38,225 bases of DNA from Thermoplasmata archaeon (GCA_030043865.1 JASHWZ010000177.1:1-38225), one strand, 5' to 3'; counted from the first letter of the stretch, positions 25,353 to 34,407 are shown. Program-made: numbers and translations. Notes: generated by a model not told the origin, from the sequence alone.

Positions 25353-26507
25353 ATGGACGTCGAGCTCTCTGACGAGGAACGGGAGCTGAAGGAGGCGACC
25401 CGACGGTTCGTCCGCAAGGAGGTGCTGCCGGTCGCCGACCGCATGGACCGGGAGGACTACTTTCCTCGCGACGTCTTCCGGCACCTCGGCGAACAGGGGT
25501 TCCTCGGGGTGACGGTGCCCACGCCGTTCGGCGGACTGGGCCTCTCGTACGTGGCCCAGGCCGTCATCCTGGAAGAGATCGCGCGGGCCAGCCCGGCCCT
25601 CGCGTTGAGCGTCGGAGCCCATTCGAACCTGTTCGCCGACAACGTGAGCCGCAACGGGAACGATGACCAGCGACGCGCGTTCCTTCCGGACGCGGCCCGG
25701 GGCGATGCGATCGGCGCGCTCGCGCTGACCGAGCCGAACGCCGGGTCGGACGCCGTCTCGCTTCGGACCCGGGCGGAACGACGGGGCGACGAGTACGTCC
25801 TGAACGGCGCCAAGCAGTTCATCACCAACGGGCCGGTCGCGGACGCGCTGCTGGTCTACGCGAAGACCGACCCGGGGGCGGGGTCGCACGGGATCACCGC
25901 GTTCCTGGTCCGGAAGGACACGGAGGGGTTCTCGGTCGCCCGTCAGCTCGACAAGATGGGGATGCGAGGCTCGCCGACCGGGGAGCTCGCCTTCCAGGAC
26001 TGTCGCATTCCGGCCGACCAGCGACTCGGACCCGAAAACGGCGGCGTGGGGATCATGATGAGCGGCCTCAACGTGGAGCGAGCGGTACTCACCGCGATCC
26101 CGGTGGGCATCATGGCCGAGTGCCTCGACCGGTCGCTCGCGTACGCCCGCGAGCGCGAACAGTTCGGGCAGAAGATCGGACGCTTCCAGCTCGTCCAAGA
26201 GAAGCTCGCCAACATGTACGCGGAGCTCGAAGCGTCGCGACGGTTGCTCTACGCGGCGTTGAAGCAGGTGGCGGCGGACCCGCGTCGGATGGCGCCGGCG
26301 GCGGCCGCGCTGACGTACGCGTCGGAGGCGTCGACGCGGATCGCGCTCGAAGCGATCCAGATCCACGGAGGCTACGGCTACATGCGCGACCTCCCCCTCG
26401 AGCGCCTGGCGCGCGACGCGAAGCTGCTCGAGATCGGAGCCGGAACGTCCGAGATCCGGCGCCTGCTGGTCGCCCGGGAACTGCTCGGCCCGGGGTTCGC
26501 CGAGTGA
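25353..26507 (+). CDS. Acyl-CoA dehydrogenase, isovaleryl-CoA dehydrogenase-like
   Basis: [35 protein letters not shown] and [19 protein letters not shown] (IVD-type catalytic Glu context). Confidence 0.85.
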   Translation: MDVELSDEERELKEATRRFVRKEVLPVADRMDREDYFPRDVFRHLGEQGFLGVTVPTPFGGLGLSYVAQAVILEEIARASPALALSVGAHSNLFADNVSRNGNDDQRRAFLPDAARGDAIGALALTEPNAGSDAVSLRTRAERRGDEYVLNGAKQFITNGPVADALLVYAKTDPGAGSHGITAFLVRKDTEGFSVARQLDKMGMRGSPTGELAFQDCRIPADQRLGPENGGVGIMMSGLNVERAVLTAIPVGIMAECLDRSLAYAREREQFGQKIGRFQLVQEKLANMYAELEASRRLLYAALKQVAADPRRMAPAAAALTYASEASTRIALEAIQIHGGYGYMRDLPLERLARDAKLLEIGAGTSEIRRLLVARELLGPGFAE

Positions 26508-26530
26508 TTTCGACGGCCTCCGCACCGAGG

Positions 26531-26538
26531 TTATATAG
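26531..26538 (+). promoter_or_regulatory. TATA box for the coiled-coil protein gene
   Basis: TTATATAG lies 24 nt before ATG 26563. Confidence 0.6.
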
Positions 26539-26562
26539 GCTCAGGGGACCCTCCGACGGCCG

Positions 26563-27303
26563 ATGGCCGGGCGACCGTCGTCCGCGTCGGGCGCGACCTC
26601 GTCGCTCCGCGTCGAGATCCTGAAAGAGCTCCAGAGCCTGATCGACGACCGGGACGTCCGGGACCGCCTCGATCGGGGTCCGATCGGGGAGGCGAAGGGC
26701 AAGGAGCATTGGGTCCTCCACCTCCTCCTGCGCGCGCAGGAGTCGAACCAGACCCACGTCGACATGCTCATCGGGTCGGCGTACTCGAACCTCCTCGCGC
26801 GGCTGCAGTCGATCGAAGACCGGCTGGAACGCGTCGAAGGGTCGGGGCGTTCCCTCGGGGACGACCTCAAAGGCCGGCTCGAGGGCCTCGAGGGTCATGT
26901 GACGGAGCGTGTCACCAAGGAGGTCTCGGCCGGGATGGACTCGGCGACGGGCCGCCTCAAGAACGAGCTGTCGACGAACCTCGACGAGAAGTGGAAGCCG
27001 ATCGGCGACTCGGTCGAGGTCTTTTCGAAATCGGCGAGCCAGCTGACGAAGGACCTCTCGGACACGTACCGCGTCGCCACGCAGAGCCGTCTGCTGCTCA
27101 ACGAGAACGCGCGCCGGATCATCGACCTGGGACGCGACCTGGTCGCGCTCGAGGAGAGCCTGAAGCTCGCCCTCGCGAAGACGCTCGAGGAGGGGCTCCA
27201 GCCGCTCGAAGAACGCATCAGCGCCCTCGAGGCCCGCCTGGGAGGCACTCCCGAGGAGACGGCGAACGGCAACGGACGCACGGACGCCCCGGGCGGCGCG
27301 TAG
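26563..27303 (+). CDS. Hypothetical coiled-coil protein
   Basis: 246 aa with high GC3. The strong TATA box TTATATAG lies 24 nt upstream. Heptad-like helical sequence (LQSIEDRLERVE..., LEERISALEARL). No enzymatic motif and no TM. Confidence 0.55.
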   Translation: MAGRPSSASGATSSLRVEILKELQSLIDDRDVRDRLDRGPIGEAKGKEHWVLHLLLRAQESNQTHVDMLIGSAYSNLLARLQSIEDRLERVEGSGRSLGDDLKGRLEGLEGHVTERVTKEVSAGMDSATGRLKNELSTNLDEKWKPIGDSVEVFSKSASQLTKDLSDTYRVATQSRLLLNENARRIIDLGRDLVALEESLKLALAKTLEEGLQPLEERISALEARLGGTPEETANGNGRTDAPGGA

Positions 27304-27318
27304 GCGGTCTCCCGCTCG

Positions 27319-28086
27319 ATGCGGCTCTCCCCGCGTCACCCGCGGTACCGGAGTCTCGTCACGCGGGCCCTCCTCGCCGACCGTGTGCGCTCGGGGCTCG
27401 TGGTGCCCGAGGGGCTCATCGCTCACGGCCGGGGGGAGGCGTTCGACTATCTGCTGGGGGAGCGGACCATTCCGAGCGCCCGTCGGGCGACGCGGGTCGC
27501 GGCTCAATGGCTTCGAGCCGCCCGACGGCCCGTGGTGAGCGTGAACGGGAACGTCGCCGCACTGGCCGCCCGAGAGGTCGCGCGGCTCGAGCGCGCCCTG
27601 CCCGGCCTCGGGGTCGAGGTGAACCTGTTCCACCGCTCGCCCCGGCGCGCGCGCCTCGTGGAACGCGAGCTCCGCGCGGCGGGGGTCCGAACCGTCCTGG
27701 GCGTCCGCCCGACGGCCCGCCTTCCGCGACTCCCCTCGGACCGGGCGCGGGTCGACCAGCGGGGGATCGCGGTCGCCGACGTCTGCCTCGTCCCGCTCGA
27801 GGACGGGGACCGCACCGAGGCGCTACGGGCCCTCGGGAAGAGGGTGATCTCGGTCGACCTGAACCCGCTGTCGCGCACCAGCCGCGCCGCGGACCTGCCG
27901 ATCGTGGACGAGCTGGTGCGAGCGCTGACGAACCTAGCCCACGACCTTCGGTCCCCCCGAGGGAACCCGGCGGCCGGTCGGTTCCTCCCGTTCGATGCGG
28001 CGGGAGCGCTCCAGGACGCCGAGGCGACGATCGCGCGCAATCTCAGGAAGCGGGTTCGCCCGCCGCCCGGACGACCGCGTCGCTGA
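27319..28086 (+). CDS. Archaeal 4-phosphopantoate--beta-alanine ligase (phosphopantothenate synthetase)
   Basis: HPRYRSLVTR, LIAHGRGEAFDYLLGERT, SVNGNVAAL, EVNLFHR, PLEDGDRTEAL and DLNPLSRT match my recollection of the COG1701/DUF137 PPS family. Confidence 0.75.
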   Translation: MRLSPRHPRYRSLVTRALLADRVRSGLVVPEGLIAHGRGEAFDYLLGERTIPSARRATRVAAQWLRAARRPVVSVNGNVAALAAREVARLERALPGLGVEVNLFHRSPRRARLVERELRAAGVRTVLGVRPTARLPRLPSDRARVDQRGIAVADVCLVPLEDGDRTEALRALGKRVISVDLNPLSRTSRAADLPIVDELVRALTNLAHDLRSPRGNPAAGRFLPFDAAGALQDAEATIARNLRKRVRPPPGRPRR

Positions 28087-28531
28087 GCCGACGTGCGACC
28101 TGCTCGAGGAACGACCCGTCGGAACGGTCGAACGCTCCGACCTCGTTGCCGTCGATATCGATCTCCCCCACCACCCGGCTCCCCGCCCGGATCGGCACCA
28201 CGACCTCCGCGCGCGTCTCGAGGAAACAGGCGAGATACTCGGGCGCGGCCCGCACGTCGTCGACGACCACCGTCCGGTCCTCCCGTACGGCGCGGCCGCA
28301 GACCCCCCGCTCGATCGGGATCCGCGTGTGCTCCGTCGCGGCCGGCCCGTCCCACGCGTCGAGCACGAGCTCGGTGCCGTCGACGCGGTAGACGCCGACC
28401 CAGCGGTAGTGACGGAACGATTCGCGGAGGAACCGGCAGACCTCCTGGAGCGCGGCGCGGCCCGCGAGCCGTCCGAGGATCGCGTCGACCTGCAGGAGCG
28501 CCGGGGTGGCCGTGCGAGGCGAGACGCTCAT
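28043..28531 (-). CDS. GAF domain protein, free methionine-(R)-sulfoxide reductase-like
   Basis: ERGVCGRAVREDRTVVVDDV...EYLACFLETRAEVVVPI...VGEIDIDG resembles the fRMsr (COG1956) pattern. The 3-prime end overlaps the PPS gene by 44 nt. Confidence 0.6.
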   Translation of the reverse strand: MSVSPRTATPALLQVDAILGRLAGRAALQEVCRFLRESFRHYRWVGVYRVDGTELVLDAWDGPAATEHTRIPIERGVCGRAVREDRTVVVDDVRAAPEYLACFLETRAEVVVPIRAGSRVVGEIDIDGNEVGAFDRSDGSFLEQVARRLSDAVVRAAGEPAS

Positions 28532-28742
28532 TTCCCGGAACGGACCCCGCGGGAGGAGAGGGAAGCGCCGAGGGGGAGATTTTCCCCCGGGACGGGTCGA
28601 CCGTGCCCGGCGTTTGAACTCCCGAGGCGAAGATCGCCACGAGCTTTCCAGACTCGCGCCGTACCGGACTGAGCCACCTCGGCACGCCCTCCGGTCGAGG
28701 ACCGGGGTCGGGCGATAAGGTTAGCGGCCTCGAGGAGCAACG

Positions 28743-28982
28743 CTACCCGCCGAGAGGGTACCAGCCGCACTCCTCGCAGCCAACGCCCCGTTGGTCGCCG
28801 GGGATCTCGGCTCGGCACTCGGGGCAGGGTACGGGTCCGGGCACCGAGAGCGAGAGGCAATCGAAGCAGCTTCCCTGACGGCGGTCGTCCGGGAGCAGGA
28901 CGAGGTCCTTGCCGCAGAACAGGCAGTGGGAGAGCCGTTCTTCGAACGGTTCCAAGCCCCGACTGTCCGCGAACAAAAGCAT
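28743..28982 (-). CDS. Small double zinc-ribbon protein (four CxxC)
   Basis: 79 aa with CLFC, CFDC, CPEC and CEEC. TATA-like TTATGTA lies 24 nt upstream. Confidence 0.5.
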   Translation of the reverse strand: MLLFADSRGLEPFEERLSHCLFCGKDLVLLPDDRRQGSCFDCLSLSVPGPVPCPECRAEIPGDQRGVGCEECGWYPLGG

Positions 28983-29067
28983 GGACCCGCTCCACCAGCG
29001 GTCCGGTACATAAGGGCTCGCTGGCGACCGGTTCTCGGAGCGATTTTTCCCGCGCTCCGGACGACGT

Positions 29068-29814
29068 TCACGGGTCTTTCCAGCGTGCCTTGAACGCCGC
29101 GATCACGAAGAGGGCCGCCGTGAACGCGACGAGGACCACCCAGTCGATCGTCGCCGTCGAAAACGTGAGGGGTTGAAGCCCGACCGCCCCCTGCACGAGC
29201 TCGGCGGCGTACGTCGTCGGCGAGAACCGGGCGGCGATCTGCGCCCACCCCGGCAGGTAGCCGATCGGGTAGTAGACCGGCGGCAGGACCGTCAGGACGA
29301 GGGAGAAGATCGGGCTGAACATCCACGTCTCGCGCACGTCCTGAAAGTACGTCGAGAGCGTGAACGCGAACGCGGTCGCGAACGACCAGACCAGCAGGAG
29401 CGCCCCGACGAGCACGACCGAGCTCGTCACGGTCGCGAAGCCGTAGTAGACGAACAGGATCGCGAAGACCGCGAGCGCGGGAAGCGAGTAGACCAGCTCG
29501 GACAAGGCGAGGCCGGCCACGTAGACCGGCGCCTCGACCGGCGAGGCGACGACGATGTCCTGGAACTTGAGGTCGTGCCGGTAGTGGGTGAGGTCCGACT
29601 GCAGGCCGGTGCCGACCGAGAGCATCGTGAGGACCATGCCGCCGACGACGCCGTAGGCGAGGTCGGCGCCCTTCGACACGATCCAGATGAAGAACAGGAA
29701 CGACAGCGGGCTCGCGACCAGGTTGACGAGGTAGAGCGGCTGCGTCCGGATCGGGATCAGCCCGTTCAACTGGACGAGCGTGAGGAGCGACCGGAGCCGG
29801 TTGCGCTCGCTCAC
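29068..29814 (-). CDS. ABC-2 type transporter permease
   Basis: GTG at 29814 overlaps the ATPase stop as GTGA. 248 aa with about 6 TM helices. The rest of ORF 29068..30501 is out-of-gene read-through. Confidence 0.75.
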   Translation of the reverse strand: MSERNRLRSLLTLVQLNGLIPIRTQPLYLVNLVASPLSFLFFIWIVSKGADLAYGVVGGMVLTMLSVGTGLQSDLTHYRHDLKFQDIVVASPVEAPVYVAGLALSELVYSLPALAVFAILFVYYGFATVTSSVVLVGALLLVWSFATAFAFTLSTYFQDVRETWMFSPIFSLVLTVLPPVYYPIGYLPGWAQIAARFSPTTYAAELVQGAVGLQPLTFSTATIDWVVLVAFTAALFVIAAFKARWKDP

Positions 29815-30752
29815 GCCTCCACCTCGGGGGCCGGCGTCTCGTCGTCGATCGCCTTCCCGACGACCTCGAGAAAGATGTCCTCGAGGCTCACCGGTCCGAG
29901 GCTCACCCGCAGCCCCTTCTCGAGCGCCATGCGCGCGAGCTCCCGCGACTCGTTCTCCCGCGCGAAGACGAGCGACCCGCCCTCGATCGGCGAGACGCGA
30001 CCGTACGACTGGAGCTCCTCGAGGGGGTACGCCCCGAAGATCGTGACCCGGTAGGGGTAGCGGACTCGGGCGCGGAGGTCGTCGGGAGTTCCCTCGAGGA
30101 CGAGCCGACCGCGCTCGAAGAGCGCGAGGCGCGTCGAGAGCGCTTCCGCCTCGTCGAGGTAATGCGTGGTGAGCAGGATCGTGCGCCGCTCGCGGATCGC
30201 CCGGCGGATCGCCTCCCAGACCTCCCGGCGCGCGATCGGGTCGAGGCCGGTCGTCGGCTCGTCGAGGAACAGGATCTCGGCGTCCGACGCGAGCACCATC
30301 GCGCAGAGGACGCGGCGGCGGAGTCCGCCCGAGAGCCGGGCGACGCTGCGTCGGCGAAACTCCGTCAGGGAGAGCTGGTCGAGGGCGTCCCGGGTGCGGG
30401 CGCGGCTCTCCGCCGGGTCGAGCCCGCGGAGCTTCAGGTAGAGGTACACGACCTCCTCCACGTTGAGGAAGTAGAGCGGACGCGACTCCTGCGGGACGCA
30501 CGCGATGCGCGTGCGGATCGCGCGCTCCTCGGTCGCCACGTCGTGGCCGAGCACGGTCGCGGAACCCGACGTCCGTTCGAGCTGCGTCGCCGCGATCCGG
30601 ACGAACGTCGTCTTTCCGGCGCCGTTCCTCCCGATCACCCCGTAGACGCGCCCGTCGGGGATGTCGAGGGTCAGGTCCTCGAGGGCCGCGGAGCCTCCCT
30701 TCGAGCCGGGGTAGACCTTGCGCAGATGTTCGGTGCGGATGGCGTATCCCAT
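29811..30752 (-). CDS. ABC transporter ATP-binding protein (ABC-2/DrrA-like)
   Basis: Walker A GRNGAGKTT, signature LSGGLRRR, Walker B ILFLDEPTTGLD, H-loop TTHYL. Confidence 0.9.
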   Translation of the reverse strand: MGYAIRTEHLRKVYPGSKGGSAALEDLTLDIPDGRVYGVIGRNGAGKTTFVRIAATQLERTSGSATVLGHDVATEERAIRTRIACVPQESRPLYFLNVEEVVYLYLKLRGLDPAESRARTRDALDQLSLTEFRRRSVARLSGGLRRRVLCAMVLASDAEILFLDEPTTGLDPIARREVWEAIRRAIRERRTILLTTHYLDEAEALSTRLALFERGRLVLEGTPDDLRARVRYPYRVTIFGAYPLEELQSYGRVSPIEGGSLVFARENESRELARMALEKGLRVSLGPVSLEDIFLEVVGKAIDDETPAPEVEA

Positions 30753-30827
30753 GGAGCGACTCGGAGACGCGGCGTCGCTCTTAAGGGAGGGTAGGGACTC
30801 GATGCCGAGGAGGACGCGTCGAGGTCG

Positions 30828-31895
30828 CTAGCTCAGGATCTCGGCGAGGCGACCCTGGGCTCGCGCTGCGGTGACCTCGCGCGCGATCCGCCGGCCGGTG
30901 GAGAGCCCCGGCGCGACCAGGTCGGAGTACGGGCTCCCCGAGATGAACAGGTTCGTTCCGGCGACGATCCTCGTGGAGATCTCGAAGACCTTGAACTCGA
31001 AGTCTTCCGTCATGATCCCCTCGAGGCAGAACGGCCCGACCATCCCTCCGAAGAGGTCGACCGAACGGTCGACGATCTTCGCCGCGATCTCGAACGCCCG
31101 CGGCAAGAGCGACTCGCGGAGGATCACCGGGACGTTGCCGGTCACGACGAACGTCGGTCGGATCCCGGCGCGGATCAGTTCCTCCTGTGCGCCGAGCTTG
31201 TACAGCTCGTCGATGTTCGCTTCGTCCCGGCGGTCCATCCCGAGAAGCTCGAGCGCGCCGTGGCGCAGTCGGTAGCCGCCGTCGGCGATCGGCGAGTAGA
31301 AGAAGTGCATGTAGTACCGGGTTCCGAGCACGTACTCCTGGATCACGTAGGGACCCGTGGGGTGGAAATCGTCGAGCGCCTCGCGGTTCTTCGCGAGGTA
31401 GAACCCCTTGCCGCCTTTCGCCCCGTAGTACTTCACGATCACCGGGCCGTTGATCTCCTTCGGGTCCTCGTAGAGCTTCGGCATCCGGACGCCGGCCGAC
31501 TCGAGCCAGTCCCGTTCCTTCCGGCGGTCCGACTCCCACCCGAGGACCGCGCGATTTCCGAAGACCGGCACGTCCATGGTCGAGAACGTCTCCGGTCCGA
31601 GATACTCGACGAACGACCCATGGGGAACGAGGATCGCGCCCGCGTCCCGCAGCTGCTGGGTGACGCCCGGAATCTCCTTCACGGTCGGCACCGAGAGGAA
31701 TCGGTCGGGGCGGGCGAGCGGGAAGGCGTCGTAGATCTTCGGCGGAGGCCCGACGCACAAGCCGAGCGTCGGGAACCCTTCGGCGCGCGCTCCGTGGAAG
31801 ATCTGAAGGGACGAGTGCGAGCAGAGCGTCGCGATCGTCGGAACGCGGCCGTTCAGGGAGGCGAGACGCGCCTCCGACGCGAGGGGAATCCCCAT
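30828..31895 (-). CDS. purP: 5-formaminoimidazole-4-carboxamide ribonucleotide (FAICAR) synthetase PurP
   Basis: IATLCSHSSLQIFHGARAEGF and an ATP-grasp-like remainder (IVKYYGAKGGKGFY, IQEYVLG). 355 aa, the archaeal PurP size. Confidence 0.8.
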   Translation of the reverse strand: MGIPLASEARLASLNGRVPTIATLCSHSSLQIFHGARAEGFPTLGLCVGPPPKIYDAFPLARPDRFLSVPTVKEIPGVTQQLRDAGAILVPHGSFVEYLGPETFSTMDVPVFGNRAVLGWESDRRKERDWLESAGVRMPKLYEDPKEINGPVIVKYYGAKGGKGFYLAKNREALDDFHPTGPYVIQEYVLGTRYYMHFFYSPIADGGYRLRHGALELLGMDRRDEANIDELYKLGAQEELIRAGIRPTFVVTGNVPVILRESLLPRAFEIAAKIVDRSVDLFGGMVGPFCLEGIMTEDFEFKVFEISTRIVAGTNLFISGSPYSDLVAPGLSTGRRIAREVTAARAQGRLAEILS

Positions 31896-31952
31896 ACGGG
31901 GGAGTATCGGGATGCTCAGATAGCCCTTGCGGGCGCGGCGACCGAGAACCGA

Positions 31953-33155
31953 CTACGCGTCGCGATCCGGATGCTCCAGATCCCAGTACCAGGTCACTCG
32001 ACGAGCGCCCGTACCGGCGACCCGTCGCCGCAGCTCGGGGTCGACGGTCGGGTCGCGGACGAGCCGGCGCACCTCGTCGGGCCGGCCCGTCGCGACGCGC
32101 CCCGCGAGCCCGAGTCGCTCGAGCTCCGGCCGCAGGCCATCGAGCGAGTACTGCCAGGTCTCGTCGCGCCGCCGCACCGCGACGGCGCGGGATCCGGGAA
32201 GCCGGTGGATCCCGAGCTCCTCCGCAGCGTGGTGGAGCGCGGCCGCCGTATCGCGGAGCTCTGTCCCGACCCGCTCCTCCTCGGAGCGGAGGCGGTCGAA
32301 TCGGTCGACCAGCTCCTTCAGACGGGCCTCGTCGGCGACCGGTACCGATCGGAACTCCGGGCAGATCGAGCGGAAATCGCACCGGCTGCACTGGCGACCG
32401 GGGGTCGGCTCGTACGCCTGCGCCCGGATCCCGTCGCTGACCGTGCCGAGCCGGTCGTATAGGCTGGTGAGCGAGGCGCGCTCGCGCGGAGGGACCCGGT
32501 GCGGGGTCAGTGAGCGTAGGTGGTAGAGCGTGAGGCCGCTCACCGGCTCGGAGTAGTTGCTCTCCACGAGCACCTGGTAGAGCGAGAGTTGGTCCGAGTC
32601 CAGGGCGTCGGCGACCGAGAGCTCGCGGGAGGTCTTGTAATCCACAACCTCGAGCCCGCCCTCGGGCACGCGGTCGATCCGGTCGATGTAGCCGTGGATT
32701 GGGATCCCGTCCCAGCGGGCCTCCAGGTGCTCCTCGACGGCAACCGGCTGGGGCCGCTCTCGTTCGAGCTGGTCGTAGAACTTGAGCAGTAGGTCCCGAC
32801 CGAGGTTCCGGTACCTGGTCTCCTCCTCGGGACTGGTGTATCCTTCCCCGGACCACGACCGGTCGTAGAGACGGAGCATCTCCTCCCGCGACAATCCGGC
32901 GGGGCCCGGGGCGCCGCGGTTCTTTGACTGCCACTCGTCGAGTGTTCGCTGGGAGTCGGTCGGCCCCGCCCGTCGCGGACCCGGGACCACGAGCGGTCGG
33001 AGCAACTCTTCGAGGACCGTGTGCACGACGCGTCCGAAGGTGAAGTAGCTTCGAGGGGTCTCGGGCAGGCGGTCGATGTAGAGGTACTTCCACCGGAGCG
33101 GGCACTCGAGGTACGTGTGGAACGACGAGTAGCTCAGGCCGGGGGTCGAGGACAC
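31953..33155 (-). CDS. PD-(D/E)XK nuclease, Cas4/AddB-like with 4-Cys cluster and extra C-terminal domain
   Basis: GTG start. YSSFHTYLECPLRWKY (Cys1), GRVVHTVLE, GYIDRIDR, EVVDYKT (DxK), QLSLYQ and CSRCDFRSIC (CX2CX5C), followed by ~120 aa with no motif I recognise. Confidence 0.7.
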   Translation of the reverse strand: MSSTPGLSYSSFHTYLECPLRWKYLYIDRLPETPRSYFTFGRVVHTVLEELLRPLVVPGPRRAGPTDSQRTLDEWQSKNRGAPGPAGLSREEMLRLYDRSWSGEGYTSPEEETRYRNLGRDLLLKFYDQLERERPQPVAVEEHLEARWDGIPIHGYIDRIDRVPEGGLEVVDYKTSRELSVADALDSDQLSLYQVLVESNYSEPVSGLTLYHLRSLTPHRVPPRERASLTSLYDRLGTVSDGIRAQAYEPTPGRQCSRCDFRSICPEFRSVPVADEARLKELVDRFDRLRSEEERVGTELRDTAAALHHAAEELGIHRLPGSRAVAVRRRDETWQYSLDGLRPELERLGLAGRVATGRPDEVRRLVRDPTVDPELRRRVAGTGARRVTWYWDLEHPDRDA

Positions 33156-33225
33156 GACGACCGAGCCGCCCGGAAGTTCAAGTGGTTTCCGGGGGCGTCG
33201 GCTCCCGGCGGCGCCCGACGCGCCC

Positions 33226-34317
33226 CTAGTGGCCGGCCGCCGCCGCGTCGAGCTCGACCTTCTCGGTCGAGTCCACAGGCAGGCTCCCCCGGGCTTGCGG
33301 GTTGGTGAGGTTCTTCGGAAGGCCCAGGAGGTCGAGGAGCTCCTTGTAGTGGTTGCGGATCGTCACGGGCGTGACGTTCGCGACCGCTGCGATCCGGTCC
33401 TGGCTCCGCGGCTCGCCCATCAGGTTCGACGCGATGTAGATGATCGTCGCGAGGATCCCGTTCGGGAGCACACCGCTGGTCGAGTAGACCTGTTCGACCT
33501 GCTCGAGCAGCGAGAGGACCTTCTGGCGGACCTCCTTCGAGAGGTTCAAGTCCTGCGTGAACCGAACGAGATAGTCCCGCGGCTCGACCGGCTTCAGGCC
33601 GAGCTTGAGCTCGCGCGCGAGCAGCGTGTAGGCGCGCCCGACCTCGATCTTCGTCGCCTTCGAGTGCGCAATGATCTCCTTCATCGTTCGCGGCACATGG
33701 CACTGGCGGCAGGCCGCGTAGACGCTCGCCGCGACGAGCGCGACGATCTTCTTGCCGCGCGTCGCCTTGTGTTCGAGCGCGCGCCGATAGATGTAGGTCG
33801 CCGACTCCTTGACCTCCCGCGAAAGGCCGAGCACGCCGGCGAGGCGATTCAGCTCGCCCAGCGCGACGACCAGGTTGCGCTGGTGCGTGCGAGCGGCCCG
33901 GAGCCGATGATTGAGCTTGCGGAGATGGTAGAATTTGAGCGACGTGTTACGGGAGAGCGAGTTACCCTGGAAGTCCCGCGTCGGGACCCCAATCTCGCTG
34001 AAGAGACCCTTGTCCGGCATCAGCGGCGAGATGACCGGACCCCAGCCTCGGGCCTCGCGGCCGGTGTCCTCCTTCGAGCCCCGCTGTCCCCGGTCGCTGA
34101 CGAGGGCGCTCGCGTCGACCACGAGTCCGCAGTCCGCGCAGACGATCTCGCCGCGGATCTCGTCGCGGATCAGGTGCGTGGAACCGCAATTCGGACAGAC
34201 ATCCGAATCTGGCGGGGCGGCCGGGGCGAGCGACGGTTCGGCCGGAGCCGTGGCCCGGCGGGAACTCTTCGAGGCGGAGGATCGATTACGGGTCGAGGAG
34301 GATGCGTTCGCGGTCAT
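33226..34317 (-). CDS. tfb: Transcription initiation factor IIB (TFB)
   Basis: Zn ribbon CPNCGS...CADCG, two cyclin-fold repeats (GRAYTLLARELKL...), and a ~40-aa Ser/Ala/Pro-rich N-terminal extension. TTATATATA lies 30 nt upstream. Confidence 0.9.
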   Translation of the reverse strand: MTANASSSTRNRSSASKSSRRATAPAEPSLAPAAPPDSDVCPNCGSTHLIRDEIRGEIVCADCGLVVDASALVSDRGQRGSKEDTGREARGWGPVISPLMPDKGLFSEIGVPTRDFQGNSLSRNTSLKFYHLRKLNHRLRAARTHQRNLVVALGELNRLAGVLGLSREVKESATYIYRRALEHKATRGKKIVALVAASVYAACRQCHVPRTMKEIIAHSKATKIEVGRAYTLLARELKLGLKPVEPRDYLVRFTQDLNLSKEVRQKVLSLLEQVEQVYSTSGVLPNGILATIIYIASNLMGEPRSQDRIAAVANVTPVTIRNHYKELLDLLGLPKNLTNPQARGSLPVDSTEKVELDAAAAGH

Positions 34318-34347
34318 AGGTTACTGAGCGGCGTAACCGATGGCTCG

Positions 34348-34356
34348 TATATATAA
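34348..34356 (-). promoter_or_regulatory. TATA box for tfb
   Basis: Minus-strand TTATATATA lies 30 nt before ATG 34317, inside the most AT-rich stretch of the window. Confidence 0.6.
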
Positions 34357-34370
34357 CTTAGGCCCTCCGA

Positions 34371-34407
34371 TGTATCTCTTGTTTGATACAGGTGCTACAA
34401 TGATACA
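34371..34407. promoter_or_regulatory. Inverted plus direct repeat cluster upstream of the tfb TATA box
   Basis: TGTATC (34371-34376) N8 GATACA (34385-34390), with a second GATACA at 34402-34407. Confidence 0.35.

Noticed and set aside
28528-28680. Small ORF ending in an ATGA overlap with the GAF gene start (tail of ORF 28528..28995).
   Set aside because: About 35 percent A/T at third positions against about 10 percent in real genes here, with a Gly/Ser/Arg-rich product. Treated as non-coding.
28610-28690. tRNA-like fragments on the minus strand (GGCTCAGTCCGGTA D-loop-like, GAGTTCAAACG T-loop-like).
   Set aside because: I could not build a 7-bp acceptor stem, a 5-bp T stem or an anticodon arm with correct spacing. 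No cloverleaf is possible.
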